Of a stretch of 64,000 nt of DNA, positions 55,800 to 64,000 are shown piece after piece. The notes beneath the pieces are model-generated. The model ran no database searches and was not told the DNA's origin. It worked only from the letters and a program-made list of their open reading frames with translations. The position numbers and the translations under genes are program-made. Each line of letters opens with the position of its first letter. Within the stretch, counting starts at the first letter, position 1. This DNA is from Lachnospiraceae bacterium (lineage in GTDB: Bacteria > Bacillota > Clostridia > Lachnospirales > Lachnospiraceae): NCBI GenBank assembly GCA_020860645.1, contig JAJBTX010000068.1, positions 2,577 through 66,576 on the forward strand, given 5' to 3'.

Positions 55800-56852
55800 A
55801 TGGAAACAGCAAAACAGGTCAGGGAAGCAGAGACAGACATGTATGTGGCGACGGAGGAGGCGAAGATTCCGGATGCGGTCATCGAGGAGAGCGCTGAGCT
55901 GGAAAAACCCGAGGAGAGTCGGATGATCGCGGACGACTTCGGGGACGTGATGGACAGCATCCATCCGAAGGATGAGATCCGGCTGAAATGGGCGGAGCTG
56001 GTATCGGACGCAAGGAGGCACCGGATCAGGGACTGCGTTGTCCTGGGCGGAGCGGTTGCGCCGAACCGGGCAGGGGTCTATGCGATCACGAAGCTGAATG
56101 ATTTCCGGACCTTTATCAAAGCAGATGAGTTTTTCCTTCCGGGAACCTTTTCAGCGAACATCGAGACGGTCAGCGAGGAGGTGCGGCAGGAGAGGCAGCT
56201 GCAGATGATCCAGAAGATGCTGGGCGCACATATGCGCGTGATCATCACGAACGCGGCGTCGGTCTATGCGGACGGGGAGAAGACCTATTCTGTGGCGGCG
56301 AGCAGGGTGATGGCGGCGGATGTGATGAAGAATTACTATTTTTTCGGCCGCCGCTCGCAGAGGCATATGCCAAAGGTTGGGGATACCGTGAAAGCGCGTA
56401 TCCTGTTGGTATCGGAGAGTTCGGTGCGCGTCGAGGCCTGCGGGATCGAGAGCCGCGTCCCTTACGCGCTGCTCACTGGGCGGCGGCATTTAAGCAGCAG
56501 GAATGTCCTGGAGTATTTCAGTAAGGATCAGGCGGTCTGGATGTCCGTCGTCAATATGGAAGTGAACAAAGAAAACCGGACGGTGGACTGGCGGCTTTCC
56601 CACCGCGCGGTGGAGGACGAAATCTATAAGCCGGAGCTTTCTGAAAGCATGATCGGACGCCGTTTCTTAGGTGAAATTGTGGGGATCAATGATGAGTATT
56701 ATACGGCGTACTGTCTGGCGGAGAACCTGCCCTGTTCGATCCCGATCCGGCGTTGCATGAATGAGAGCCGGCTGAACTACGGGGATCAGGTGGCGCTGGA
56801 GGTATACGGCCTGGGAGATCGGTTCCTCAAATGCAACTGCCGCAAGATTTAG
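55800..56852 (+). CDS. hypothetical protein with S1/OB-like repeats
   Basis: Segments VGDTVKARILLVSESSVRVEACGIESRVPYALL and GRRFLGEIVGINDEYYTAYCL follow the S1-domain pattern by eye. Confidence 0.5.
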   Translation: METAKQVREAETDMYVATEEAKIPDAVIEESAELEKPEESRMIADDFGDVMDSIHPKDEIRLKWAELVSDARRHRIRDCVVLGGAVAPNRAGVYAITKLNDFRTFIKADEFFLPGTFSANIETVSEEVRQERQLQMIQKMLGAHMRVIITNAASVYADGEKTYSVAASRVMAADVMKNYYFFGRRSQRHMPKVGDTVKARILLVSESSVRVEACGIESRVPYALLTGRRHLSSRNVLEYFSKDQAVWMSVVNMEVNKENRTVDWRLSHRAVEDEIYKPELSESMIGRRFLGEIVGINDEYYTAYCLAENLPCSIPIRRCMNESRLNYGDQVALEVYGLGDRFLKCNCRKI

Positions 56853-56867
56853 GCTGGGGATGCTGGA

Positions 56868-57572
56868 ATGGCGGATAAAAGAGCGGAGTACCATATCCCG
56901 CAGAATTATAATACCAGCCGGAAGCTGGCGGACCTGGCGGATGCGCGGGGGCTGGCAGAAGGGGTCATTCTGGCCTTGCCGATTCTGAAGGGCATCACGC
57001 TGCTTCATATCGACGGCACATGGAAGCTTACGGCCTGCGTGACGGCTGCAATTCTGTGCATCCTTGCGGGCAGCTTTGGGTTCAACGGAGAATACCTAAG
57101 CGAGTTCCTGCTCACGCTGTTTCGCTATGCGCAGGGGAGAAGAATTGTCTATTACAACCCCCGCGTCAAGCTGGAGGCGAAGCCGGAGTACCTTGAGGAA
57201 AAGGAAAAGACGCTGCTTCCGCGGGAACGCATCCAGCGTTTCCTTGGACGCATGGAGGAGACAGAGACGGAAGAACAGTATTTATGGGAAGCCAATGAAA
57301 TCTACTTTGAGGATGATATTGGCGTCGTAGAAAAACCGGAGGCCTTAAAGACCGGCGTAGAGAAACGGAAGGATCGCAGGAAGCGGAAACAGAGCATGGA
57401 AAAACATGAAAAACCGGAAACGGGCAGGCGTTTCTTTTCCTGTAAGAAATCAACGCCGGAGAACGAAATGGTCATGGAGGCGGAGCTTCCGCAGGCAGAG
57501 GATGCAGAGCCTTTGGAAGCGTGGGAGATCCCTGAAATCATGGAGGTGGAAGAATATGAGATTCTGGAATAA
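56868..57572 (+). CDS. PrgI/VirB3-like membrane protein with charged C-terminal extension
   Basis: YHIPQNYNTSRKL start, two TM helices, position directly upstream of VirB4. Lys/Glu-rich tail. Confidence 0.55.
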   Translation: MADKRAEYHIPQNYNTSRKLADLADARGLAEGVILALPILKGITLLHIDGTWKLTACVTAAILCILAGSFGFNGEYLSEFLLTLFRYAQGRRIVYYNPRVKLEAKPEYLEEKEKTLLPRERIQRFLGRMEETETEEQYLWEANEIYFEDDIGVVEKPEALKTGVEKRKDRRKRKQSMEKHEKPETGRRFFSCKKSTPENEMVMEAELPQAEDAEPLEAWEIPEIMEVEEYEILE

Positions 57573-57578
57573 AAGGCG

Positions 57579-60140
57579 GTGGATTACATGGGAATAAAGG
57601 AATATGTAAGCCACAGGCAGGCGGTTCTGCGGGAAGAGAACGCGGAGGAAATACGGGAAAAGGAGTACCGCTCCTCGGTGAAATTCCGCAAAAGCACACA
57701 GATGACGCTTCCTGTTGAGGACATTTTCAACGGCTGCATCATCCTGAAGGACGGCAGCTATACAAAAATACTGGAGCTGTATCCCACCAACTTTGTCTTA
57801 AAGCCGCCGGACAAGCAGACAGAGATCATCCATAAGTTCGCAAAGCTGATGCGGGTTGCACCGGACCGGATCCGGATGAAGTCGGTCGCAAGGAAGGCCA
57901 GCATTGACCGCTACATTGAGACGCTGAAAAAAGAGCAGGCACAGGAACAGGTGTTAAAGTGCAGGCAGCGCCACGCGGATCAGATGCAGTTGATCAAAAG
58001 TATCTCCCAGACAGACAGCGTCTCCCGGCGTTTTTTTTGTATCCTGACGCTTAGCGCAAAGGAGGCGCCTGGAAGCGTAGGGGAGGCTGTATCTTTATTG
58101 AACCAGCAGGCGGCGGAACTTACCGAGATGTTCCGGTGGGTCGGCAATCCTGCCGTCGAGGTGGAGCCCGATCAGGAGGACTACGCCCTGGCTGAAATCC
58201 TCTATGACCTTCTGAACCGCAGGAAAAGCGAGGAAATCCCTTATCGCAAGAGGGCTGCGGGAATCCTGAAAAAGTATTGCGGCAGCGCGCAAGCGCCGCT
58301 TACGATGCCGCCCTATATTCCGGCGGCGGAACTGGTTGCGCCGGAGTATATGGACTTTACGCACCCAGGCTACTATGTGATTGACGGCAAGTACTATATC
58401 ACCGGTTATATTCCGTCCAATGGGTATCCGACCGTTGGCCTTCCGGGCGGCTGGACTTCCGATCTGGTGAACGCAGGAGAGGGCATTGATGTGGATATTT
58501 ATTTTGAGCGGAAGCCGAAGGAAGAGGTCATTGCGGGGATCAAGCGGACGATCACGCACAGCCGGATCGCGATGAACAGCACGCAGGATACCTCCGACAG
58601 TTATGAGACGGCGAGCGACGCAGTGAGCAGCGGCTTCTATTTCAAAAACGGTTTTCGCGTTGGCGAGGATTTTTATTATATGTGCATTCTGGTGACGGTG
58701 TGCGCGGATTCCCTTGAGGAGGCGCGGAATATTTACCAGAGCATGGAAAAGCAGATGTATCAGGTGGATTTCCGGCTCAAGGCGGCGAACTATCATCAGG
58801 AGGAGGCTTTTTTCAGCACGATGCCTTTCGGATGGCTGAGCCGCTTTTTCTTTGAGAAGGGAAAGCAGAATATGCTGACGACGGACGCGGCCAGTTCCTA
58901 TCTTTTTACGAGTTATTCCATGTGTGACAGCAATGGCATTTTCCTCGGCGTCAACGAGATCAACCAGAGCTGCACAATCGTCGATAACTTTAACAGCGAG
59001 CTTTATCGAAACGGCAATATCGCGATCCTTGGTTCCTCCGGCGCGGGGAAAACCTTCACTATGCAGTGTATGTCGCTGCGCTTCCGCCTGAAACAGTATC
59101 AGGTCTTTGCCATCATCCCGAAAAAGGGTGTGGAGTTTAAACCGGCCTGCGACGCGGTGGGCGGGCAGTATGTGATTGTCAGCGGGGCGTCGCCGCACTG
59201 TATTAATATCCTCGAAATCCGAAAGCCACAGGATGAAAATATGCGGCTCCTGTATGGAGACGATATCGAGCAGTCGCTTTTATCCCAGAAGATCCAGTCG
59301 GTGAAAACCTTCTTTTCCCTGCTGATACAGGACATTACGCTGGAGGAGCGGCAGAGGCTGGATTCCGCGCTGGTGAAAACCTATGAGAAGAAGGGGATCA
59401 CAAGGAAGAACCGTTCCCTGCTTGCGGAAAACCAGAAAGACTTTAAGGAAATGCCCGTTCTGGGCGATCTCTATGACATGATCTTGGAAGACGCGGCGCT
59501 GGAGCGTGTGGCAGGCATCTTAAAGCCGCTGGTCTGTGGCTCCGCATCCTCATTCAATGGGCAGACCAATGTGGATGTGGACAGCCTTTACATGGTTTTC
59601 GACCTTGATTATCTATCTGCCGATCTTTTGCCGGCAGGCATGTTCCTGGTGCTCGACCTGGTGTGGGATAAGGTAAAGGAAGACAAGACAAAGCGCAAGG
59701 TTATCATTCTTGACGAGCTGTGGGCGCTTATCGGGGCGAGTGCAAACCGGGTCGCGGCGGACTTTGTCCTGAATATTTTCAAGCTGATCCGCGGGTATGG
59801 CGGCGCGGCGGTCTGCAGCACCCAGGATCTTAACGATTTTTTTGCCTACGAGGGCGGAGCCTATGGGAAGGGCATCATCAATGCCTGCAAGTTCAAGTTT
59901 GTGATGGGGCTGGAAGAGGAGGAGGCGAAGCGGGTGCAGCAGGTATTGGAGCTGGACGACTCGGAGATTGAGCTGGTGAAATCCTTTCAGAGAGGGAAGG
60001 GGCTGATCTGCGTCAACCACAGCAACATCGCCGTCAATTTCCGCTCTTCAGATTCGGAATACGAACTCTATTCCACCGATCCGAAGGTGCTTGCCCAGCT
60101 GGCTGCGAGGCGGAAACGGCAGAAAGCCATGATCGTATGA
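57579..60140 (+). CDS. VirB4-family T4SS ATPase
   Basis: Walker A GSSGAGKTF and Walker B VIILDELWAL. 853 aa. Confidence 0.9.
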   Translation: MDYMGIKEYVSHRQAVLREENAEEIREKEYRSSVKFRKSTQMTLPVEDIFNGCIILKDGSYTKILELYPTNFVLKPPDKQTEIIHKFAKLMRVAPDRIRMKSVARKASIDRYIETLKKEQAQEQVLKCRQRHADQMQLIKSISQTDSVSRRFFCILTLSAKEAPGSVGEAVSLLNQQAAELTEMFRWVGNPAVEVEPDQEDYALAEILYDLLNRRKSEEIPYRKRAAGILKKYCGSAQAPLTMPPYIPAAELVAPEYMDFTHPGYYVIDGKYYITGYIPSNGYPTVGLPGGWTSDLVNAGEGIDVDIYFERKPKEEVIAGIKRTITHSRIAMNSTQDTSDSYETASDAVSSGFYFKNGFRVGEDFYYMCILVTVCADSLEEARNIYQSMEKQMYQVDFRLKAANYHQEEAFFSTMPFGWLSRFFFEKGKQNMLTTDAASSYLFTSYSMCDSNGIFLGVNEINQSCTIVDNFNSELYRNGNIAILGSSGAGKTFTMQCMSLRFRLKQYQVFAIIPKKGVEFKPACDAVGGQYVIVSGASPHCINILEIRKPQDENMRLLYGDDIEQSLLSQKIQSVKTFFSLLIQDITLEERQRLDSALVKTYEKKGITRKNRSLLAENQKDFKEMPVLGDLYDMILEDAALERVAGILKPLVCGSASSFNGQTNVDVDSLYMVFDLDYLSADLLPAGMFLVLDLVWDKVKEDKTKRKVIILDELWALIGASANRVAADFVLNIFKLIRGYGGAAVCSTQDLNDFFAYEGGAYGKGIINACKFKFVMGLEEEEAKRVQQVLELDDSEIELVKSFQRGKGLICVNHSNIAVNFRSSDSEYELYSTDPKVLAQLAARRKRQKAMIV

Positions 60141-60742
60141 AAGGAGGGAAAGGGAGTATGCAGTATTCCGGCGTAATTTTGGACTTGCTGTCGCAGGTGG
60201 AGGTACTGGAAACCGGGCAGGTGCTGTGGTATGCGGGAGCGCTCGATGAATATGGAAATGGGGAAAAGACGATCGAGAAGGCTTTCCACGCGCTGCTGCG
60301 ATCGAGGCAGATTTATCTGGATGAGACGGAAGTCTACGTCTCGGCTTCTCCGGTCAGGGAGATAACGCGCGAGCAGCGGATGGCGATGGAGCTGTTCTGG
60401 GTGCTGCTCGACGCGATGCCCTACAGCAGGAATTTTATCCTGAACTTTCAGAAGACGTTCCAGCTGTCCTATATCAACAAGCACCAGCAGCTTGTTCAGG
60501 TGGCCTATGTGCCGCGGCATATGGAAACGGCGGTATGCCGCTTTGTACGGGAAATACCGAAGAACGAGTACGAGCAGGAAAGCGACTGCAGGATCGCGCT
60601 TCTGGAGGACCCGCAGGGGGTAGGGCGGATGAAAAAGGTGGGCTTTTACTACCTCGTCACCATCAGGCAGGATGCGCCGCCAGAGAACCGGCTTAAGATT
60701 CTCGATGTGATTGACGCAGCGCATGCATGGGAGGACTTATAG
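60137..60742 (+). CDS. conserved hypothetical protein
   Basis: 201-aa ORF overlapping the VirB4 stop by 4 nt; no motif recognised. Confidence 0.55.
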   Translation: MKGGKGSMQYSGVILDLLSQVEVLETGQVLWYAGALDEYGNGEKTIEKAFHALLRSRQIYLDETEVYVSASPVREITREQRMAMELFWVLLDAMPYSRNFILNFQKTFQLSYINKHQQLVQVAYVPRHMETAVCRFVREIPKNEYEQESDCRIALLEDPQGVGRMKKVGFYYLVTIRQDAPPENRLKILDVIDAAHAWEDL

Positions 60743-61393
60743 ATGGCTTATGAAACTTCAGTAGAATTTATCGCGGACTGTGCCGCCAGGATAGAGAGGA
60801 CTGCGCGGCTGGCTGCTCTGGGAGGCAGCGGACGTCTGACAGAGAAAGAAACGGAAAGGATGCTGCATCAGGCGGAGCTCATCGTTATAGCGCTTCGGGA
60901 GAGATGGAAGGATGGACGAGGGAAAAGGAGCTGCGGCGCCGCGCAGCCAGCGGGTAGTGAACTGGTGAAGGTAGACATGGAAGACGGCTGTCTTGTGATC
61001 CGTACACCGGAGCTTTACAACCGCCGGGCAGAGGATGGCTGGTTCCTGAAAGCCCTTGTACGGGACGCGGTAGCGGCTTACTGCGAACTGTATGGAGTTC
61101 CATCCGGGCTGGAAGGGCGCTTTTATCTGGCATATGTGCGGTTTGTAAAAGGAGAGACAAAACGGATTTTCGACAATGATAATACGGAGGCGCATCAGGT
61201 AGGGGACGCCGTAGTCGAGGCGCTCGGCATGGACGACAATCCTTACCGTGTGCAGTACCTCTTTACCACCAGGAAGAGCAGGGACTACGAGGGCTGCTGT
61301 ATCTGTCTGGTAGGGGAGGAGAGACTGCCGGATTTCCTTGTGAATACGGTACACTTTTTGCAAAACGGGAAAAGTACAGAAATTCCACCGTGA
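60743..61393 (+). CDS. hypothetical protein with possible RusA-like motif
   Basis: Starts 1 nt after the upstream stop. KRIFDNDN..(8)..D..(8)..DD spacing resembles the RusA DxDN...D...DD catalytic pattern (by eye only). Confidence 0.5.
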   Translation: MAYETSVEFIADCAARIERTARLAALGGSGRLTEKETERMLHQAELIVIALRERWKDGRGKRSCGAAQPAGSELVKVDMEDGCLVIRTPELYNRRAEDGWFLKALVRDAVAAYCELYGVPSGLEGRFYLAYVRFVKGETKRIFDNDNTEAHQVGDAVVEALGMDDNPYRVQYLFTTRKSRDYEGCCICLVGEERLPDFLVNTVHFLQNGKSTEIPP

Positions 61394-61519
61394 GAAAAGC
61401 AGGAAAGTGTCGGAAATACAGGTCTTCTTTGAAACCGATTATCCGGACTATTCTTTTCCTGGGATAACGGAAATCTTTGCGGAGGGGCTTTAGGGAGCCT
61501 TAAGAGAGGGTGACAGGAT

Positions 61520-62662
61520 ATGGCGGAAAAGCTGCGGGACGGCTCCTTTAAGCTGATGGTTTTGCGGGAACTTTATTTTGCGAAGATCCTTCCGCGGAAG
61601 CTTCTGACGGACAGGAGTATGCTGGACTGGAACTATCGGTATGTGTGCCGGGCGATGCAGGAGCTGGAGAGGGATGGCTATCTTGCATATCACAGTTTCC
61701 TGCGGCGCAGGTACTGTTATCTGACGGAGCGGGGCTTTTCCCTCCTGAAGGAGACGGATGGGCGTTATCTGGTCAACGCAGAGAACTACCGACGTCACCG
61801 GTTTTATCAAAAACAGATCCGGGAACAGGTACGGGATGCGGAAGTTCTGCAGAAGCTGGCCAGATACGGCTTCCGCGCATGGCCGGACGAGCGGCCATCG
61901 TTTGCTGATCTTCTGCGGCTGCGGGGTGTCGGCATGGCGGAGGAGAAAAGGGAGGCGTGGAGCTATGACAGGGAGGGAAACCTGAAAGAGTATGATGTGG
62001 AATCCCTGTTTTCAGAAGGCGTCTATTTTGAATCTGCCGAGGTGCGCAGGGCGGCGGCCATGCTGGGATACCTTGACCTTCTGCGGATGGGCAGATTTTG
62101 TGGGCTTCTGATCCTGCGCGATAGGGTATATCTCTGCTATAACGTCATGGAACGGATGATGCGCTGGAGCGAAAGCTGCGAGAGGAACTGCGTGATCGGC
62201 ATCCGTCAGTTGCTATTAAAATACTCCGCCGAGCTGAAGATCCGCGATGTGGAGATCGAGGCGATTGTGTTTGGCAGGGATATGAACGGCATCCTGCCGC
62301 TTTTGTGGGGCAATACAAAGGAAGTGCCCACAGAGGAGACGAGGAAAAGGGTGGCTTACCGCAGCGCTCGCCTGTTCTGCTGCGAGAACGCGGAGTTCTT
62401 CTGGAAAATCCATTACATCCCGCTGGATGCGGCAGCACGGGAGATAAGCCGGATGCAGCACGCGGAATTTGGCGGGGAAACCGCCGGAGGTGAAGAAACA
62501 GGCCTCTATCTGATTGACCAGCTGGAGCTTCAGAAACTCCGCCTTCTGATGGAACAGAAGAAAGCGTTCCGTCTGCGTGGCTTTGCAGAGTACAGGGAAA
62601 TACTGGAGCGAATATTTGGTGAGAAACTGTCGGCTTTCGACATTCTTCCGGTGAAAGACTGA
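61520..62662 (+). CDS. hypothetical protein with N-terminal winged-helix-like region
   Basis: 380-aa ORF. N-terminal LRELYFAKILPRKLL...RAMQELERDGYLAY resembles wHTH or replication-relaxation-type proteins (low certainty). Confidence 0.5.
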   Translation: MAEKLRDGSFKLMVLRELYFAKILPRKLLTDRSMLDWNYRYVCRAMQELERDGYLAYHSFLRRRYCYLTERGFSLLKETDGRYLVNAENYRRHRFYQKQIREQVRDAEVLQKLARYGFRAWPDERPSFADLLRLRGVGMAEEKREAWSYDREGNLKEYDVESLFSEGVYFESAEVRRAAAMLGYLDLLRMGRFCGLLILRDRVYLCYNVMERMMRWSESCERNCVIGIRQLLLKYSAELKIRDVEIEAIVFGRDMNGILPLLWGNTKEVPTEETRKRVAYRSARLFCCENAEFFWKIHYIPLDAAAREISRMQHAEFGGETAGGEETGLYLIDQLELQKLRLLMEQKKAFRLRGFAEYREILERIFGEKLSAFDILPVKD

Positions 62663-62722
62663 AAGGAAATTTTCTCGAAACTGAGGAACGCCCGAAAAGT
62701 GATTAAATTTCTATAAAATCCA

Positions 62723-62752
62723 TTGACTTTCGGCGTGCGCGGCATTTACAAT
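62723..62752 (+). promoter_or_regulatory. sigma-A promoter TTGACT-18-TACAAT
   Basis: -35 at 62723-62728, -10 at 62747-62752, in the 182-nt gap before the 62845 gene. Confidence 0.5.
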
Positions 62753-62844
62753 GCTGATACAAAATCGAACAGAAGTTCGCATCTTGGGAGAAGACAGTTT
62801 CCTTTCAGCCATAGTAATCATTTTGAGGAAAGGAATTTGCAGGA

Positions 62845-63600
62845 ATGACAGAACAGGAAATGCACAGGACGTATATTCGTGAGGTTGTGCAGGAAATGTA
62901 TCCGAGGGCGGATCTTGGCAGGGACGTCTTCCTCATCATCCAGTCGATCATCGCGCTCGACCAGGTGGTGCGGGATGAGAAGGAGGCGGAGGTGGCCTGC
63001 ATGGTCGATCTCTACGAAAGGAACCAGGAGGAGCGGACAGCGCTTTATACGGTTCCGGTCCATCCGTTCCAGCACAGGGGGACAGCGATTGCCGGAAGCC
63101 GGTATGGGGCAAAGCGTATCCCGCCTGGTATGACGCCGCTTAATTTTGCACAGCAGCTGCTGCGGATTGAAGCGGGCAAGAAAGTGACGGATATCGGCCT
63201 GGTCATCCACATGGAGTCTTATGAGGAACTGAAGGAGATTGAAACCGTCCGGGTGATCTGGGATTATGATGTGGCGGCGACAAGCATGCTGTACGCCATG
63301 GAGTTTGAAAAGCCGGAAGGTGCCGGGAACTGCTACCTTCTGAAGTCCGATGTACCGCATGACTGGGATCGGGTGATTCCCGGAAAGCCGCGGGTCTATC
63401 TGGAGGAACAGGATTGGGAAGACCCAGAGCCGGACGAGATGCACCTGTTCTGCTATGATTTCCAGAAGACCGGCCTGCCGCATTATGTACACTACTATCG
63501 AAAGAAACTGAAGGCACTGCCGCTGGGGGCGGACATGGAGATCGCGGGGAACAGCGTCAAATACCGAAAATGGGCGAGAAAGCGAGGAGGAGAGATATGA
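62845..63600 (+). CDS. hypothetical protein
   Basis: 251-aa ORF after GAGGAAAGGAA; no motif recognised. Confidence 0.55.
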   Translation: MTEQEMHRTYIREVVQEMYPRADLGRDVFLIIQSIIALDQVVRDEKEAEVACMVDLYERNQEERTALYTVPVHPFQHRGTAIAGSRYGAKRIPPGMTPLNFAQQLLRIEAGKKVTDIGLVIHMESYEELKEIETVRVIWDYDVAATSMLYAMEFEKPEGAGNCYLLKSDVPHDWDRVIPGKPRVYLEEQDWEDPEPDEMHLFCYDFQKTGLPHYVHYYRKKLKALPLGADMEIAGNSVKYRKWARKRGGEI

Positions 63601-63953
63601 AGCTGAGAGACGTAAAAGATTGGAAAGTTGGAGACAGCGTATGGGTAATTGATACAGGGATGGATGGAAAGCAGGTATTCCGGCAGACGTGGATTGAAAG
63701 GCTGATCCAGTCCCGAAACGGGGGCGATATGCACAGTAACCCTACATTTCTGATGGCAGTCATCCGTTATGGGGATGGAAGCCTCGGCTATCAGAATGCG
63801 AAATTCCTGTTCCGGGAGAAGGAGGAGCTTCTTCAATGCAGGGGGATGTACCTGGTAAAAGAGAACCGGCCGGGTGCTCCCTATGAGTGGAGTAAGACCC
63901 TGCCAGATGGTTACACCTCGTATCACTGGGGCGGCGTCAGGAGGTGTGGATGA
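63597..63953 (+). CDS. hypothetical protein
   Basis: ATG at 63597 follows GAGGAGGAG and overlaps the upstream stop (ATGA). 118 aa. Confidence 0.55.
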   Translation: MKLRDVKDWKVGDSVWVIDTGMDGKQVFRQTWIERLIQSRNGGDMHSNPTFLMAVIRYGDGSLGYQNAKFLFREKEELLQCRGMYLVKENRPGAPYEWSKTLPDGYTSYHWGGVRRCG

Positions 63954-64000
63954 GTGCAGAAGGACAGGATGCAGGACACGATCCGGCAGGTGAGCAGGCA
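63950..64000 (+). CDS. hypothetical protein, 3' end outside window
   Basis: ATGA overlap with the upstream stop. Open to the window edge (MSAEGQDAGHDPAGEQA...). Confidence 0.4.
   Translation, partial: MSAEGQDAGHDPAGEQA

Larger units (their letters stand above)
43560..64000. mobile_element. integrated conjugative element (Gram-positive T4SS type), left junction near lysS, right end outside window
   Basis: The sequence turns abruptly AT-rich right after lysS. Next come ParA, ParB, RepA_N, signal peptidase, pilin-like, VirB6-like, NlpC/P60, VirD4, PrgI-like, VirB4 and conserved hypotheticals, all on one strand and tightly coupled. Confidence 0.75.

Overview
GC-rich, Clostridia-like (Gram-positive) chromosome segment; almost all real genes are on the + strand, and the many long minus-strand ORFs are mirror artefacts of GC-rich coding. 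All family calls and repeat coordinates were made by eye and hand counting, with no searches run. There are five blocks. (1) 1-15.6 kb is a surface-polysaccharide locus: a secreted CotH/lamin-tail protein, a priming sugar transferase, GT2/GT4/GT1 transferases, a heparinase II/III-like protein, UDP-ManNAc dehydrogenase and two large polytopic membrane proteins. It also holds a bi-domain oxidoreductase interrupted by one in-frame TAA. (2) 15.6-22.8 kb is housekeeping: SEC-C protein, thrS, acyltransferase, tRNA-Met, ispF, GNAT, a minus-strand Y-family polymerase with a YolD-like gene, and a rubredoxin missing from the ORF track. (3) 22.85-35.9 kb is one cobalamin-riboswitch-led gene string. It begins with a lipoprotein-anchored CbiK-fold protein and two paralogous small surface proteins. 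These are followed by a BtuFCD-type importer and a partial anaerobic B12/tetrapyrrole set (cbiL, cbiF, hemA, cbiH, a hemC-cobA-hemD fusion, cobD). (4) 35.9-43.5 kb is housekeeping: nfeD/SPFH, argF, birA, dusB, greA, lysS. (5) From an AT-rich junction just after lysS (about 43.56 kb) to the window end lies an integrated conjugative element. It carries ParA/ParB/RepA_N maintenance genes, two DNA repeat arrays in and after rep, and a Gram-positive type IV secretion module (signal peptidase, pilin-like protein, VirB6-like, NlpC/P60, VirD4, PrgI-like, VirB4). A run of uncharacterised genes follows. The best candidate for an undescribed system is the riboswitch-controlled trio of extracytoplasmic proteins in front of the corrinoid importer. 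The repeat arrays and hypothetical gene block of the conjugative element come second.
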